Positions 24,247-38,354 of a stretch of 58,848 nt of DNA are shown piece after piece. Source of the DNA: Paraphysomonas bandaiensis (Eukaryota > Protista > Chrysophyceae); NCBI GenBank assembly GCA_965644295.1, contig CBFFRP010000331.1:1-58848 (forward strand). Reading direction: 5' to 3'. The position numbers were made by a program, and so were the translations under genes. The first letter of the stretch is position 1. Each line of letters begins with the position of its first letter. The notes under the pieces are model-generated. The model saw only the letters and a program-made list of their open reading frames with translations, was not told where the DNA came from and made no database searches.

Positions 24247-25179
24247 ATGATTGTACTCTATTTGCTCACTCTTCTCCATTCTGTTCTCAGAACTCAATCC
24301 ACTGAGGTGAACTATACAGGCTATGTTGTGGACTTGTACTGTTGGAACATGGCCAACCACCTTGCGATAGATGGTTCTTATCTGGGATCAGATCCTGGCA
24401 GCCACTCTGTTCACTGTATGCGGGATATCCAGGCATGTATAGATGGGGGTTATGCGGTACTGCAGAAAGTGAGCAATGGCGATTATGCTTATGACGTAAA
24501 GTATGTTCTGGATGCAGCTGGAAACTCTATGCTGTCCGATATACTGGACACCACATCAACTGCCTATGACTTCGTAGTAACTGTAACTGGCGTGGATAAT
24601 GGTGATGGCACGCTGTCTGTGTCGTCCATCGATGAAGCTTCAGTTAGCGATCTTCCAACTGACACTGCCGCACCGTCAATGGACTTCACACAGACCCCTA
24701 CTGCAATTGTAACTAATATACCCACAGCTTTGATAGATTTAGACGAGGTTAGCTATACAGGCTATGTTGTGGACTTGTACTGTTGGAACATGGCCAACCA
24801 CCGTGCGATAGATGGTTCTTATCTGGGATCAGATCCTGGCAGCCACTCTGTTCACTGTATGCGGGATATCCAGGCATGTATAGATGGGGGTTATGCGGTA
24901 CTGCAGAAAGTGAGCAATGGCGATTATGCTTATGACGTAAAGTATGTTCTGGATGCAGCTGGAAACTCTATGCTGTCCGATATACTGGACACCACATCAA
25001 CTGCCTATGACTTCGTAGTAACTGTAACTGGCGTGGATAATGGTGATGGCACGCTGTCTGTATCATCTATTGAAGAGAGTAGTGGATCAAAAAATGGGGC
25101 TTATAGCATGAAAACGACTCATTGGCTGTACGTTTTGATATGGACTACAGCTGCATTAGTGGTATTGGTGGCCCCGTAA
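24247..25179 (+). CDS. Secreted, probably GPI-anchored protein with two near-identical Cys/His-containing domains
   Basis: Signal peptide, two ~105-aa repeats (GYVVDLYC...HSVHCMRDIQAC...GY), a Thr/Pro linker and a hydrophobic C-terminal tail. Confidence 0.85.
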   Translation: MIVLYLLTLLHSVLRTQSTEVNYTGYVVDLYCWNMANHLAIDGSYLGSDPGSHSVHCMRDIQACIDGGYAVLQKVSNGDYAYDVKYVLDAAGNSMLSDILDTTSTAYDFVVTVTGVDNGDGTLSVSSIDEASVSDLPTDTAAPSMDFTQTPTAIVTNIPTALIDLDEVSYTGYVVDLYCWNMANHRAIDGSYLGSDPGSHSVHCMRDIQACIDGGYAVLQKVSNGDYAYDVKYVLDAAGNSMLSDILDTTSTAYDFVVTVTGVDNGDGTLSVSSIEESSGSKNGAYSMKTTHWLYVLIWTTAALVVLVAP

Positions 25180-25459
25180 TTGTACTATTTTGTTGTTAAC
25201 AAAGCAATTATTCGTACTGTGAATAGATGTGGCTATTATTGACATTGACTATATGTCAACTTATGGATGATAGTTTGACCAATATTAACTTGACAAATAC
25301 AGGCATTTGGTTACTGTTCATACAGTACGGTAGTTTATGTTGCATGGGTTGATATACTTCGCTTGCTTATATTGCCTTAAAATTCTAATATAATGTTCTG
25401 ACGTCGATTCTGATAATACCTATGGATATATAGCAAAACTCAGCACCATATAGTTAGTA

Positions 25460-25890
25460 GTGAACGTCTGATTATTAGCAATAGACGTGTAAGAGTCAGA
25501 GCTAATGTAGCAAAACAATTTAGCTAACCAGTACTTAACTCTGATATCCTATATTAAAGAAAGCTGCTTGTGCGTCACCGCATGCACCAAGGTGCAACCA
25601 CTATCGCTCTCTGTCCTTAAGGTGAACAAGCCCGGATGCTTGATTTCAGCAGGCAGCCCAATATCCCAGATGCCCTTGACGTGGGTCCCTATTTTTCGTC
25701 AGGGCCAAAAGACGTCTACTGCACAAGTGGCACTTGTTTGTGTCTTGTACCACACAAGCATTTGGCTATGAGTGGGCTGAACATTATCTGCTGACTATAT
25801 ATATTCGACTCCAATTAGTGTTCCGGAGAAATATCTCCGGCACTTATCCCCAGAACTTCACGAAAAGGTACGACCCCGATTTTTTCGAGG
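25460..25890 (-). mobile_element. SINE-like element: retroelement 3' module joined to non-LINE body B
   Basis: Module at 25460-25605. The body is shared with 26870-26990, 38425-38830, 50705-50990 and 51160-51440. Confidence 0.7.
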
Positions 25891-26869
25891 GACCACATTA
25901 TACACAATTATCAGTGCAATTCAAGCCGTTTTTAGAAACAATAACTGCACTTCTACCGAAATAATAGTCACACATATTTATTATTATTCAGAAGCTATTT
26001 TAGTTCCAACTTAACGATATTGAGCTTTTCTTGTTTTTTAACTATTAAAAGCTGTATTTATTAATTATGACCGTTTGTTACTAGTTACTGCTGTGACAAA
26101 CACTAATACATAGCGCTAAAAGCTAGAATATAAGCACATAGAGTTTTCATGTAGCGTTATATAGTAGAATATTAGCATATTAGATTATTTTAATTTAGTA
26201 TCTCCTAGTATACTCGTCTACTGCTAAAATAATAAGCCATTAAACAATAGATTTAGCAATAACTGGGGTAGAAAGGTAAAACGTATGAAAACAAGTTACC
26301 TTTCTGCCCCTACCCTTTTCTTAACACAACAGGATGCTCTACCCCTACGATTTTTGCCCTCGCTCAATAACAAACACCTTAACAATCACACTATATGATA
26401 GTCCCTTTCAATATACTATATATATTGCACCTTTTCATAGTATGTATATGTAGTATGGAAGCATTAAATATGTGTATATACGTATATACGTATATACATG
26501 TATACGACGTATGTCTCCTGTATATGGAACAGATCTTTAGGGCCCTTCAAGGTGGTGTTCACAGCAGCAGGTAGTCTGGAGGGAAGAGTAGCTCTAGCAC
26601 AGGGCCCTCCCACAGTCACGAAACGCTCTCACTGGCACAATTTTGAACACAAACGAATGAAACAGACTACAGACGTCTACAAAAGGTAACTCCAATATCT
26701 TCTCCATTGAGTGCACTCGTCCAGCATCAACCTTGCAATTCTCTCCCGAGCCAATACGACACCGTGTGCCTTCTCTGTTTGGATGAAAAACTCCTTACAG
26801 CAAGAAATAACTTAAAGCACACAAATGTACCTGACACTTCTTGGAGAACAGTGTCAGAACCTTGTTATC

Positions 26870-26990
26870 ATCTGTTTATTTGTCAAGGCCGAAAGACGAC
26901 TACACAAGTGACACTTGTTGGTGTCCCTTGCACCACACAAGCATTCAACTCTGTTGTGCAGAACATTATATGCTATCTACAAATGCGACT
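26870..26990 (-). repeat. Partial copy of body B
   Basis: ctacacaagtgacacttgtt...caccacacaagcatt...gaacattat matches the other copies. Confidence 0.65.
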
Positions 26991-27759
26991 AGAGGTAGAG
27001 CTGTTTGATTGCTTAAATGTCCTTATGCTAATGGTTGCCTCTAGATTAATGTATGTGACCACTGAACAGAGTTGCTAGACCATAACTACTCCCTCATGAC
27101 TAAACCAGCACTTTTTGCTTGTTGTCTACACCTTATAATTCTCCCCACTACCTCACATTCTGCGCTACAACCCCTTGGGTTACACATGTTCGAACTCAAT
27201 GTCAAACGATTTAACGCACGAATCACGGTTAAACTCTTGGATATGCCCAATGCGTTGTTTCAGCATAAGCAAGTTGTCATGTTTCGTTCAGACCTTGAGC
27301 CTTATATCCCGTAACAAGTACTCCCACTTGTATAGAGTGAAAAATATTGCAAAAGACATACTAGATATTCCAGTCGTACGCTCAATGCCCGTTTATGCTG
27401 TGAACGAGGTGTATCTCAATTCCAATCTTCGATCTGTCAGTGTATCGAATAGCATTTCAAACGCGCAGCAGTTTCTGCAATCCATTGGATCTTACTTCGT
27501 CTCGCCTGAGACTTAACAAAATGCATGCAGAGGTTTTCTTATTTCCTATAGTAGATAATTTAGTACCCCATTGTTTACAGAGATTGCCACTCCCATCAAG
27601 ATCTTGTGAGTTGTTTCTGTGTAACTGGCGCGGATAGCTATTATACTATTGAAGCACTTTCTCGTGAACCTTGAGGACATTTCGCACAGTTGGCACCCTC
27701 TTGACCATTGATGTGAAGTAACACTTAGATTTTACTTATGTTTTCTTAATAGTAATCAG

Positions 27760-27905
27760 GGAACAGCTATTTTATCCACCAGCAAGCTATAAGTAGTTTA
27801 ACACCACTAGGTAGTAGGTTTCAACAGTTTTTATACATCATGAAGATAAGCTACAATTTAACCTGTAGGGATAAGGGGTATCGTCCCTTGTCTAAATTTT
27901 AAAAT
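27760..27905 (-). repeat. Fragment of dispersed repeat family C
   Basis: Reverse complement aaaatttagacaagggacgata..cttatcccta.aggttaaattgtagcttatc matches 57202-57260. Confidence 0.75.
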
Positions 27906-28113
27906 ATCTCAAAATACATTCGGTAAACTACAGAAACTGGAACTTGAATATTCCCCGCAATACAAAATAGCGCTGCGATTGTAAGCAACTATGTAAGCAA
28001 TATGCGGTGCAACGAATCAATACACATATCCAATATCATCTCCAACACCTGGAAAAGAATTACTATAAACCTTGTCAATAAATATAGTACGCACAGAAAA
28101 AGGCCACTTAGAT

Positions 28114-31100
28114 TTACATCGAGTTGTGTACACTGCGTTTTCCCCACCGACTACTTGTCGACTGCGGCACCACAGATATATATTCGATGCTTATTCGACA
28201 AAATAGCGCTGCAAACTCAAAATCTGTCTGTCGTCGACCCATATTATCAAATATGCAAAACTTTCTGTAGCCAGTGGTGAGACACGGAATCGGAACAGCA
28301 CAATATCCAATGAAGTCATCCAGATTGAAATCTTTGTCCATTACACGTATGTACAGGTGGCTGACCACTGGATTGGGTAAATCAAAAGTGAATACCTTCA
28401 TCACATGTCAAAATATAATAATAAGCTAGAGTGCAATAGCCACTTAATAGATGTACCTCATTCCAGTAGGGGTTAAAGCCATTGTTGGAAATAACTTTAG
28501 TTTTTACTTCTTTGGAATATTGGGCATATGGATCTAAAACAGAGAGGACCACATAGGGATCAATAACCTAATAACCATAAACAACTTAGTCGTCTGGCGT
28601 ATATACACTACCCATCACCTCTCCCTTGCTAGCACCGCCTGGTTTGGGTAGCTGTTGGCCACTGATAACGTGAATTGTCAAGCGAATCGGTCCCGGGGTG
28701 ATATCCCACAACAGATGAGGCGGCTTGAGTACATATCCACTGTTCAAATTTTCCCTAAATTTACCGTCGTTAACGTGCATTTGTACGCAAGGGGTTTGGT
28801 AGTTCAGCGCGGCACACTGGAACCCTATAGCCCATGGGAAGATAGGATTGTAGTTGGAGGAGGTTACACGGGAACCACTGGGGTAAACGCGACTAAAGAA
28901 AGAGGCACCATGAGCAACAAGTCAAATAACCAGCACAATAGATGCGTAATAAAATACCATAGTCGTGTCTTAGATATGGCGATCCAGCGATTTCTTTCAT
29001 CCTCGTTCACGAATATTTGGCTCATGAAGCCTTCACTCAAACTGACAATGACATCACACTTCAGTTCAGCAATCTCGTCAGCAGATAATTGTTTGGCGTT
29101 GATACTATCCAAGTAAGTTATGGCTGAGAGATTGGGATGTGTACGAATGCATTTCGACTTCGTAGTCGTGAACTTAGTAGTAACAGACTCATACTCACTC
29201 TGGTCGTCTTGCAAAATCTGTTCTCCACACTCATCCCATTCGTCATAAGCACTGATATCTGCGATGTCGCTGTTGTCACGTTTTCCTTTGATAATAATCT
29301 TTCTGCGTAGATCATGTGGCGACGGCAGTGTATTATTTTTAATCTTATAGCCTGGCATTACAAGCTTTTCTCCAAACACGTCAATCAACATTGTAGCCAT
29401 TTTGTCCTGTACAGGGAGAGAACAGTGATTCTCAAGACTTAGTATTACCGGATAGGGCGAGGTTTTGAAAGCATGCTCATTGATAGCTTCGATGACATCT
29501 GACACAAACGCGATCTGTTAGACAATTTCGTTGCCTCATAGCATTGTACTACCAATAAAAAGGATCTTTGAAGTGATTGTGTGCCCGTGAAATATAATGG
29601 GCTCACCGTCATCCCCGTCCCAGCAATCCAGTTCAACGCACCTGCACCCTTTATGAAGGTCATCAATGTAACGGTTTACAGCCGACGCGCTTTGAAGTTG
29701 GTTCCCAGTAAGATACGTATTATGTGATGAAGCGATATAGAAGCTTGAGAGCGGATGCCTCATTTCGTCATCACAATATGGACCTTGTAATGTGAAGTCG
29801 TAAGCATCATTAAAGGGAGCATTCATGATAGTACAGAAACCACTGAAGGTCAGAACTGGCAATTGAGGGTAGAAGGCCTCTCCCATGCCAACTTTGAAAA
29901 GATGTAAAGCATCTTCTCGTAGTAGCTCATCATCTTGGCTTCGCTTCCTGCGTTATATTAACTTCCTAGTTATGCAAAGAATTTCGCAACACCTACCAGA
30001 ATGCCACAAAATCATCAACAGTCACAGAGTCATTCACAGTGAGTACACCATTGAACTGTGACATAAAGACAGCCGGATTTGAGGGAAATACTGTGATGAC
30101 AGGCTCCTTATACATTGTCAGCCCCGCCCATATATATATCATTTCAGACCTGAGATACATATGATTTAAGAAACCACATATAGTTATGTGGTCGCAATTC
30201 ATACCGTTGAGTAAGTTTCTTCATTAATTGACAGAACTCCTCGAAGTTAAGACTATTACTGCTGTCCTCATCCACAGAGGAGTACAGAGAATTGATTCGA
30301 GAACGAGGCATATGAATATTCATCGAGTCAACTAATGTCATTACCTCTCGCTTGCTCAGGGATCCGTTACCATCAGTATCAGCTTGATCCCACTTCACTT
30401 GCAGGAATCTCTCTTCAATATTGACACGTGAGTTAGCAATCTGGATAGTCATAACAACTTTCTGTAGCCCAAGGTACCACGTATCAAAGTCACTCTCCGA
30501 TTCAATGATCAAATCCACATGTTCATCATCACCATACATGAGTGAGAGTGACTGTTTGTTGCAATGAAGCACCTTGCTTCGGTGATACTTAAAATTAACA
30601 GTATGCTGACCTCTCTGAACGCGGGTAACTCTGCTCATATCAACTGAAAACAAATCATCACAGTCCAGTACACTACATACAGACAACAACCTTTCCTTGC
30701 CGGATTAGAGCTACGAAATAACCAAGACGATGAAGGCCACAACAAATACTTGCCGTCGGTTGATAATTTAACGAACTTCCTCTTGACACCGTGCCACCGA
30801 CTTACTCTCAACATATGCGTTCCTAGAAATAGTGCAATGTCTCAGATACTTACGATTACATTGATATGCATACAAAACCTTTGTACAGAGGTATCATGTC
30901 TGCATCTTGGCACTCCTCAAAGGATTGAACAGAAATACTTCGTTCCAGAGATAAACACTGACTTTGTGATCTATTGCTCCAGAATCTTGCACGAGGTTCA
31001 CCTCGGGCATGAGCCCTCATTTTAACAGTGCTAAGAGTATGTTCCATACTACCCAAAGCATGCTTCGAAGCACTCTCGACACATTTCGCTTGAGATGTAT

Positions 31101-34100
31101 TACGCTCACTTGAAAAAGATCCCGATGAAAGTAATGCGTCTCTACAAGTATTATTCTCAATAGTGCCTTCTGTACCAACAGATGACTTGCGAATGACACC
31201 AAGATCGTCAAACCCTAGACTTGATACTGGAGATGTACTGTGCATTCGGCACAAATCTGGTGAATTATCACGCGTGTTATCAATGTTTTCACGACCAGAC
31301 TTGACGCCGTTAGTACCAATTCCACCACTGGTATCTCGATTTGCGCAGTTTTCATGGTCTATATTTCGTGCTTCACCACACTCTTCTGCTACATCAAGAG
31401 TAAATTTCACATCGTAGGGGCTATCCTCAGCATTATCAACAAAATGGTCTACTATAGAGGTGCTCTGTGTAGCAGGTTCATCATATTCGACACGAGGGCT
31501 ACAATCGTACTTGTCAAAACCACCATCAAATTCAACTAAGTCAGTATCACTACAATCATGTCTTCTTCTTGGTCCTACAGAGGATATATTACAACAAGTA
31601 TCATCAACTTCATCACCCAAATCATCATGTTCATTGGCTTCACCACAACTGTCACAAGGAGCAAAACCCAAAATTTGACTGTCATATGTACCCACAACAC
31701 AAGATCCCTCCATAACATTATCATGAAAAGGGGATGAGGGCATGTGACGCTCACAATGACCAGCTATACCATCAGTAACAGTGCTAGAACCTTGAGGCCT
31801 TGATGGTGTTCGATCCAATGACAATGGATGTGGGCATTCAGAATCGCCACCATGACCAGAGTAAGAAGACATACGACCTCCATGATGTACAGATCTCAAA
31901 GGTTGAAACCTGGAGGGAGGTTGATCCAGTGGGACGGACAAAGATGGCGAATATACTGCTACCACTTCACTAAAACCATCAAAACGTTGGGACTTCATTG
32001 GGCTCTGGTTTGATGGGTTGGTGGAAGGTGGTAAAGAGAGCGCTGCAACGTCCCCAATGGAGCTAGGAGGTTGGAACTTTGATGGGCTCTGGTTTGATGG
32101 GTTGGACGACTGTAGTGAAGAGAGAGCTACATCATCACTAAAGGAGCTAGAAGGTTGGGGCCTTGATGGAATTTGATCCGATGGTAAAGAACGAGGTGCA
32201 TCATCTCTAAAGTCTCTTGATGATTGGGACCTTAAAGGACTCCGGTCCAATGGTAAGAACGAAGGAGGCAAAGAGAGTGTTGCACCATCTCTAACGGATC
32301 TCGAAGGTTGGGGCCTTGATGGACTATGGTCAAATGGGTAGGATGATGGTGATGGTAATACACTTTCACCTTCACTAACGGATCTCGAAGGTTGGGACCT
32401 TGATGGGCTCTGCTCCAATGGGTAAGACGAAGGTAGTGAGGAGAGAGCTGCACAGTTATCAATGTAGGTAGGAGGCTGGGACTTTGATAGGCTCTGACTT
32501 GATGGGTTGGAGAGAGATGCACCGTTATCAATGGAGGTAGGAGGTTGAGACTTTGATGGGCTCTGTTCCAATGGGTAGGACAAAGGAGGTAACGAGTGAG
32601 CTACACCATCACCAATGGAAATAGGAGGTTGGGACCTTGATGGGCTCTGGTTTGATGGGTTGTGGAAAGCTGCACAGTTATCAATGTAGGTAGGAGGCTG
32701 GGTTATTGATGGGCTCTGCTCTAATTGGTAGGGCGACAGAGGTAAAGAGTGAGCTGCATCGTCCCCAATGGAGCTAGGAGGCAGGGACCTTGATGGGCTC
32801 TGCTCTAATGAGTAGGACGACGGAGGTGAAGAGTGAGCTGCACCGTCATCAATGGAGCTAGGAGGCTTGGACCTTGATGGGCTCTGCTCCAATGGGTGGG
32901 ATGAAGGTAGTGAGGAGAGAGCTACACCATCACCAATGGAAATAGGAGGTTGGGACCTTGATGGGCTCTGGTTTGATGGGTTGTGGAAAGCTGCACAGTT
33001 ATCAATGTAGGTAGGAGGCTGGGTTATTGATGGGCTCTGCTCTAATTGGTAGGGCGACAGAGGTAAAGAGTGAGCTGCATCGTCCCCAATGGAGCTAGGA
33101 GGCAGGGACCTTGATGGGCTCTGCTCTAATGAGTAGGACGACGGAGGTGAAGAGTGAGCTGCACCGTCATCAATGGAGCTAGGAGGCTTGGACCTTGATG
33201 GGCTCTGCTCCAATGGGTGGGATGAAGGTAGTGAGGAGAGAGCTGCACCATCACCAATGGAGCTAGGAGGCTGGGACCTTGATGGGCTCTGGTTTGATGG
33301 GTTGTAGAAAGCTGCACAGTTATCAATGTAGGTAGGAGGCTGGGTTATTGATGGGCTCTGCTCTAATTGGTAGGGCGACAGAGGTAAAGAGTGAGCTGCA
33401 TCGTCCCCAATGGAGCTAGGAGGCAGGGACCTTGATGGGCTCTGCTCTAATGGGTAGGACGACGGAGGTGAAGAGTGAGCTGCACCGTCATCAATGGAGC
33501 TAGGAGGCTTGAACCTTGATGGGCTCTGCTCCAATGGGTAGGATGAAGGTAGTGAGGAGAAAGCTGCACCATCACCAATGGAGTTAGGAGGTTGGGACCT
33601 TGATGGGCTCTGGTTTGATGGGTTGTAGAAAGCTGCACCGCTATGAATGGAGGTAGGAGGTTGAGACTTTGATGGGCTCTGATTTGACGGGTTGTAGTAA
33701 GCTGCACCGATATCAATGGAGCTAGGAGGTTTGGACCTTTCAGGACTCTGCTCCAATGGGTAGGATGAAGGTAGTGAGGAGAAAGCTGCACCGTCATCAA
33801 TGGAGCTAGGAGGTTGGGACCTTGATGGGCTCTGGTTTGATGGGTTGTAGAAAGCTGCACCGCTATGAATGGAGGTAGAAGGTTGGGGCCTGGGTGGACT
33901 CTGATCCAATGGATTGGTGGAAGGTAGTGAAGAGAGATCTACATTGTCACCAATGGAGTTAGGAGGCTGGGACCTTTCAGGACTCTGATCCGATGGGTAG
34001 GACGACGGAGGTGAAGAGTGAGCTGCACCGTCATCAATGGAGCTAGGAGGCTGGGACCTTGATGGGCTCTGGTTTGATGGATTGTAGAAAGCTGCACCGT

Positions 34101-35919
34101 AATCAAGGGAGCTAGGAGGTTGAGACTTTGATGGGCTCTGATTCGACGGGTTGTAGTAAGCTGCACCGATATCAATGGAGCTAGGAGGTTTGGACCTTTC
34201 AGGACTCTGATCCGATGGGTAGGACGAAGGCAGTGAGGAGAAAGCTGCACTGTCACCAATGGAGCTAGGAGGTTGGGACCTTGATGGGCTCTGGTTTGAT
34301 GGGTTGTAGAAAGCTGCACCGCTATGAATGGAGGTAGAAGGTTGGGGCCTGGGTGGACTCTGATCCAATGGATTGGTGGAAGGTAGTGAAGAGAGATCTA
34401 CATTGTCACTAATGGAGTTAGGAGGTTTGGACCTTTCAGGACTCTGATCCGATGGGTAGGACGAAGGTAGTGAGGAGAAAGCTGCACCATCACCAATGGA
34501 GCTAGGAGGTTGGGACCTTGATGGGCTCTGGTTTGATGGGTTGTAGAAAGCTGCACCGCTATGAATGGAGGTAGAAGGTTGGGACCTGGATGGGCTCTGA
34601 TCCAATGGGTTGGTGGAAGGTAGGGAAGAGAGATCTACATTGTCACTAATGGAGTTAAGAGGTTTGGACCTTTCAGGACTCTGATCCGATGGGTAGGACG
34701 AAGGTAGTGAGGAGAAAGCTGCACCATCACCAATGGAGCTAGGAGGTTGGGACCTTGATGGGCTCTGGTTTGATGGGTTGTAGAAAGCTGCACCGCTATG
34801 AATGGAGGTAGAAGGTTGGGACCTGGATGGGCTCTGATCCAATGGATTGGTGGAAGGTAGTGAAGAGAGATCTACATTGTCACTAATGGAGTTAGGAGGT
34901 TTGGACCTTTCAGGACTCTGATCCGATGGGTAGGACGAAGGTAGTGAGGAGAAAGCTGCACCATCACCAATGGAGCTAGGAGGTTGGGACCTTGATGGGC
35001 TCTGGTTTGATGGGTTGTAGAAAGCTGCACCGCTATGAATGGAGGTAGAAGGTTGGGACCTGGATGGGCTCTGATCCAATGGATTGGTGGAAGGTAGTGA
35101 AGAGAGATCTACATTGTCACTAATGGAGTTAGGAGGTTTGGACCTTTCAGGACTCTGATCCGATGGGTAGGAAGATTCAGATGCACCACCATGATGACGA
35201 GAATAGGACGTATGTTGTCCACGCGGTCTATAGTGTCTTTCGTCAGAATCACAAAGACTATAAGAGGAATAGGGTTGGATAGAAGCACGAGTCATATTCT
35301 TATTAGCGGATGAATTGACAAGGTATGTATCACATTCCGGGTGGTGAAGGCGGGAATTAACAGGGTACTTGAAAATCGTACAAATACTACCAACATTAGT
35401 GGCACTAACTGGCAGTACAGATTTGTCCCTATGCCATGTAGGACTGTCATAAGCTGTTGTGGACTTGAAAAGACATGATTCTCCCTTTCCATAATGGGCC
35501 CGCCTCCCAGATGAAGGTCCACGGGCATTAAAATTAAAGTCGGAGTGATCACACGAGGAAGTTCTACCCCTAAATGTTGAAATATTGCGGTGAAAATTCG
35601 GAGATACGTCCGCTTTATATAGCTTGGTAGGGGTACACGGCAAGGAGCTACTTTTCGTGTCAGTATCCCCACTCCCATAACGGAAATCAGTCGAATTTGA
35701 CCCAACCCACTCATTCCCTTTCCTGCAATTTACGAGACGAAGTAGCTCTTGCTTCAAATGAAACGGAAGCTCCAACGTCTCATTTTCATAAATAAGAGCA
35801 TTGCGGAGGCCGTCGACTGTAACGAAATAGTTTTCTGCCAAATACGCATCATACACAGCAAAGTGGTCGGTCAAATCCAGGTTTCGAACAGCTTCTTGTA
35901 AGAGTAATTTGATATCCAT
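28114..35919 (-). CDS. PLC: Phosphoinositide-specific phospholipase C (PH, EF-hand, X, Y, C2) with a very long Ser/Pro-repeat N-terminal extension
   Basis: X-box [24 protein letters not shown] and FHGHT. Y-box SSNYNP, ALNYQT and GYVLKP. C2 [10 protein letters not shown]...DPYV. EF loops DTDGNGSLS and DEDSSNSLN. The ~5-kb first exon appears to splice in frame into the PH start (LYKG|THMLRV). Confidence 0.9.
31900..35170 (-). repeat. Coding hierarchical tandem repeat (28+23+28 aa = 237-bp higher-order unit)
   Basis: gacctttcaggactctgatccgatgggtagga recurs at 35141, 34904 and 34667 (237-bp spacing). Units carry a QSPSRSQP core. Confidence 0.95.
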
Positions 35920-36692
35920 GTTATTTCCCTAGTAGCATATTCTCTGTCCAGTGTCTGTTAATAAATTGAAATCAATACAGTACAGTAGCCTCTAATAAAC
36001 TTTAACGAGCGAATTTAATTGAGATCAAATGAATTGTCGAGAAGGGTTGACTCCATAGCATCGCTCACAGTTCATAACTATCGAATAAACAGCCAAATCC
36101 TTATGAATATAGGTGAATACTATTGGGATAGAGGTAACTTAACAGTGTCCTCTCGATGATGCGGAAGAGAATATGAATGGCATGAAATATTCCACAGATA
36201 TGGTGATGATTGATGTCGGCCATATATATCTTCAATCCACATGCTCTGCTCCTGTGTACACATTTGATGCCATTGGGGGTAATTTTGCAGATTGAAGAAG
36301 ATAGTCCTACGTAGTCTATACGTAATCGTCGTAAATGTAAAATCGTCCTGATTGGGATTACGACGAAAAAGTAAAAAGTTTGTGTAGAATGTGGTTAAAA
36401 AATTCAACGGATTTATAGAGGTATTTTTCTCTGTTGCGAGAGTGTTGCTGTGTAGCTTCTTGTATACAGCAGCATATACAGCGGTATATACCGGTATATG
36501 CTGTTCCGCTGCACAGAATCGCCGCTAGTATGTAGCGGTTGCAGTGTGGAGAACATGCCATGTTTGTGTGCGGTGCGTGTGTGAACAATAGCTGCAGTGC
36601 CTCTGTGCTATAGTGCAACACATTGCATAGCATCCATCTACTGAATCAAACAATTCCAAATATAGTCATCACTGCTCCTCCTATTGTACCCA

Positions 36693-37874
36693 ATGTTTTC
36701 TAAGCTCGCTACGATTTCCCTTACACTCCTTGCCAATCTCTCTCTGATTGCGGGTCAAAGCACAGTCACTGTATGTTGCATACCCTCTGCTTTTGCACGT
36801 CTCATATGTTCCCTCAGGTGCAATTGGAAGTATCGGGGTCGGCTTATGAGGTCAACTTCATGCCAGATTCAGAGCCAGTCACTGATGTTGCAAGAAATTT
36901 CTGCATCCGCCACGCTGACACTCTTGGCTATACCCCAGAGAACCCCCTCACTGACGCCAATCTTCCTGACTGCGTGAACCCCATCGCCACCTACTTGGAA
37001 CAGGCTGTGATCAGAAGCAAACAGGAGAAGGCCGCCCCACCAGCTGCAGCTCCATCTGGCCTCTTTGTGGTAAATTATTGAAGGTTGTAAGTTGTTTTGT
37101 TATAAGTGTTTTTGCAGACTCAGTTGACTGTTGGTGACAACACCTACGAGATTAGATTCAGACCCGAATCGGAGCCTGTCACTGATGTTGCGAGAAATTT
37201 CTGTATTCAGAATGCGGCAACTCTTGGCTATACCCCCGAGAACCCCCTCACTGACGCCAACCTCGGGGACTGCGTAAACCCTATCGCCAACTACCTGAGA
37301 CAGTCCTTCCTCCAGAACCAGCAGAAGAGAAATACGGCTGCTGAGGGTGATATCTTTAAGGTTTGTTCGATTGTTTAAACTGTGTATTGTTGATATATGC
37401 GATATTTTCTAGACCGAAATGACTGTTGGAGCCAATACGTATGCCGTTACCTTTAGGCCCAAGTCAGAACCTGTGACTGATGTCGCACGAAACTTTTGCA
37501 TTCGTCACGCCGACACACTAGGATATACTGCTGAAAACCCTCTTACTGATGATAATCTCGCTGGTTGCGTAAACCCCATCGCTACCTATTTACAACAGGC
37601 TGTTCTGCGCGACCAGCAGGAGCGTGGATCTCCCAACCCTCTCGCGGTGCGTCTGACTGTGGCTGGCAACACTTTTGAGGTCACGTTCCACCCGGAGTCC
37701 GAGCCTGTCGGGGCGGTTGCCCGAAACTTTTGCATTCGGAATGCCGATACCCTGGGTTATACTCCTGAGAACCCTTTGACTGACGACAATATCGCCGGCT
37801 GTGTTGACCCAGTCGCAAACTTCCTTCAGCAGCAAGCACTAAGTGCCGGAAGACAGATCGTTCAGACTGCTTAG
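36693..37874 (+). CDS. Secreted protein with four ~70-aa repeats (VARNFCIR...C.NPIA.YL)
   Basis: Signal peptide, three short GT-AG introns and four homologous domains with two Cys each. Confidence 0.85.
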
Positions 37875-38354
37875 ATGAACCTGCGGTTATGATTCGCTAC
37901 TTTAAACTGGTGGGGTACAAGTGTTTGTTCTGTAGGATAGAAATGCCTGCAGTATACTTCTTCTCTCTAGTACGCAACGAATAAACTGTTACTAGCGTCA
38001 CTATTTTTAGTGGTTAGTGATTTTACCAATAGCCTCATATGAATCAAGGTAATTAAATAATAAGCTTGGCTTGATAAATATGTAGTGGCTTGAAAGAAAA
38101 ATATTTGTTTTGTGGTGTGTGTTCTGAATTATCCCTATCCGAGCGTTTGACTAGTTTGAAACCTGTAGCAGCCACACGAGTTTTCCAACGTATTAAATTA
38201 TACACGCACACACAATATGACAACGAAAAAAAGTGTTTTCAATTTCTTTTCATCTATATTCTGTGACAAAAATATTGCTGTATCACTTTTCTTTAGTTAT
38301 AATATCTTGTGTATTTCTACTCCCATTTCTACTACTTCCAATCTTGCTACTAGT

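Noticed and set aside
25690-25720. Possible hammerhead ribozyme (CTGACGA on the minus strand of body B)
   Set aside because: The first C is not conserved in other copies (ATGACGA, TTGACGA), and no consistent stems or GAAA core were found
26480-27720. Fragmented ORF-like sequence (also 17550-18170 and 13330-14060)
   Set aside because: Probably decayed TE or pseudogene DNA, but no motif could be recognised to support a call
31900-35170. CRISPR-like repeat array
   Set aside because: In-frame coding repeats with no unique spacers; eukaryotic context with no cas genes
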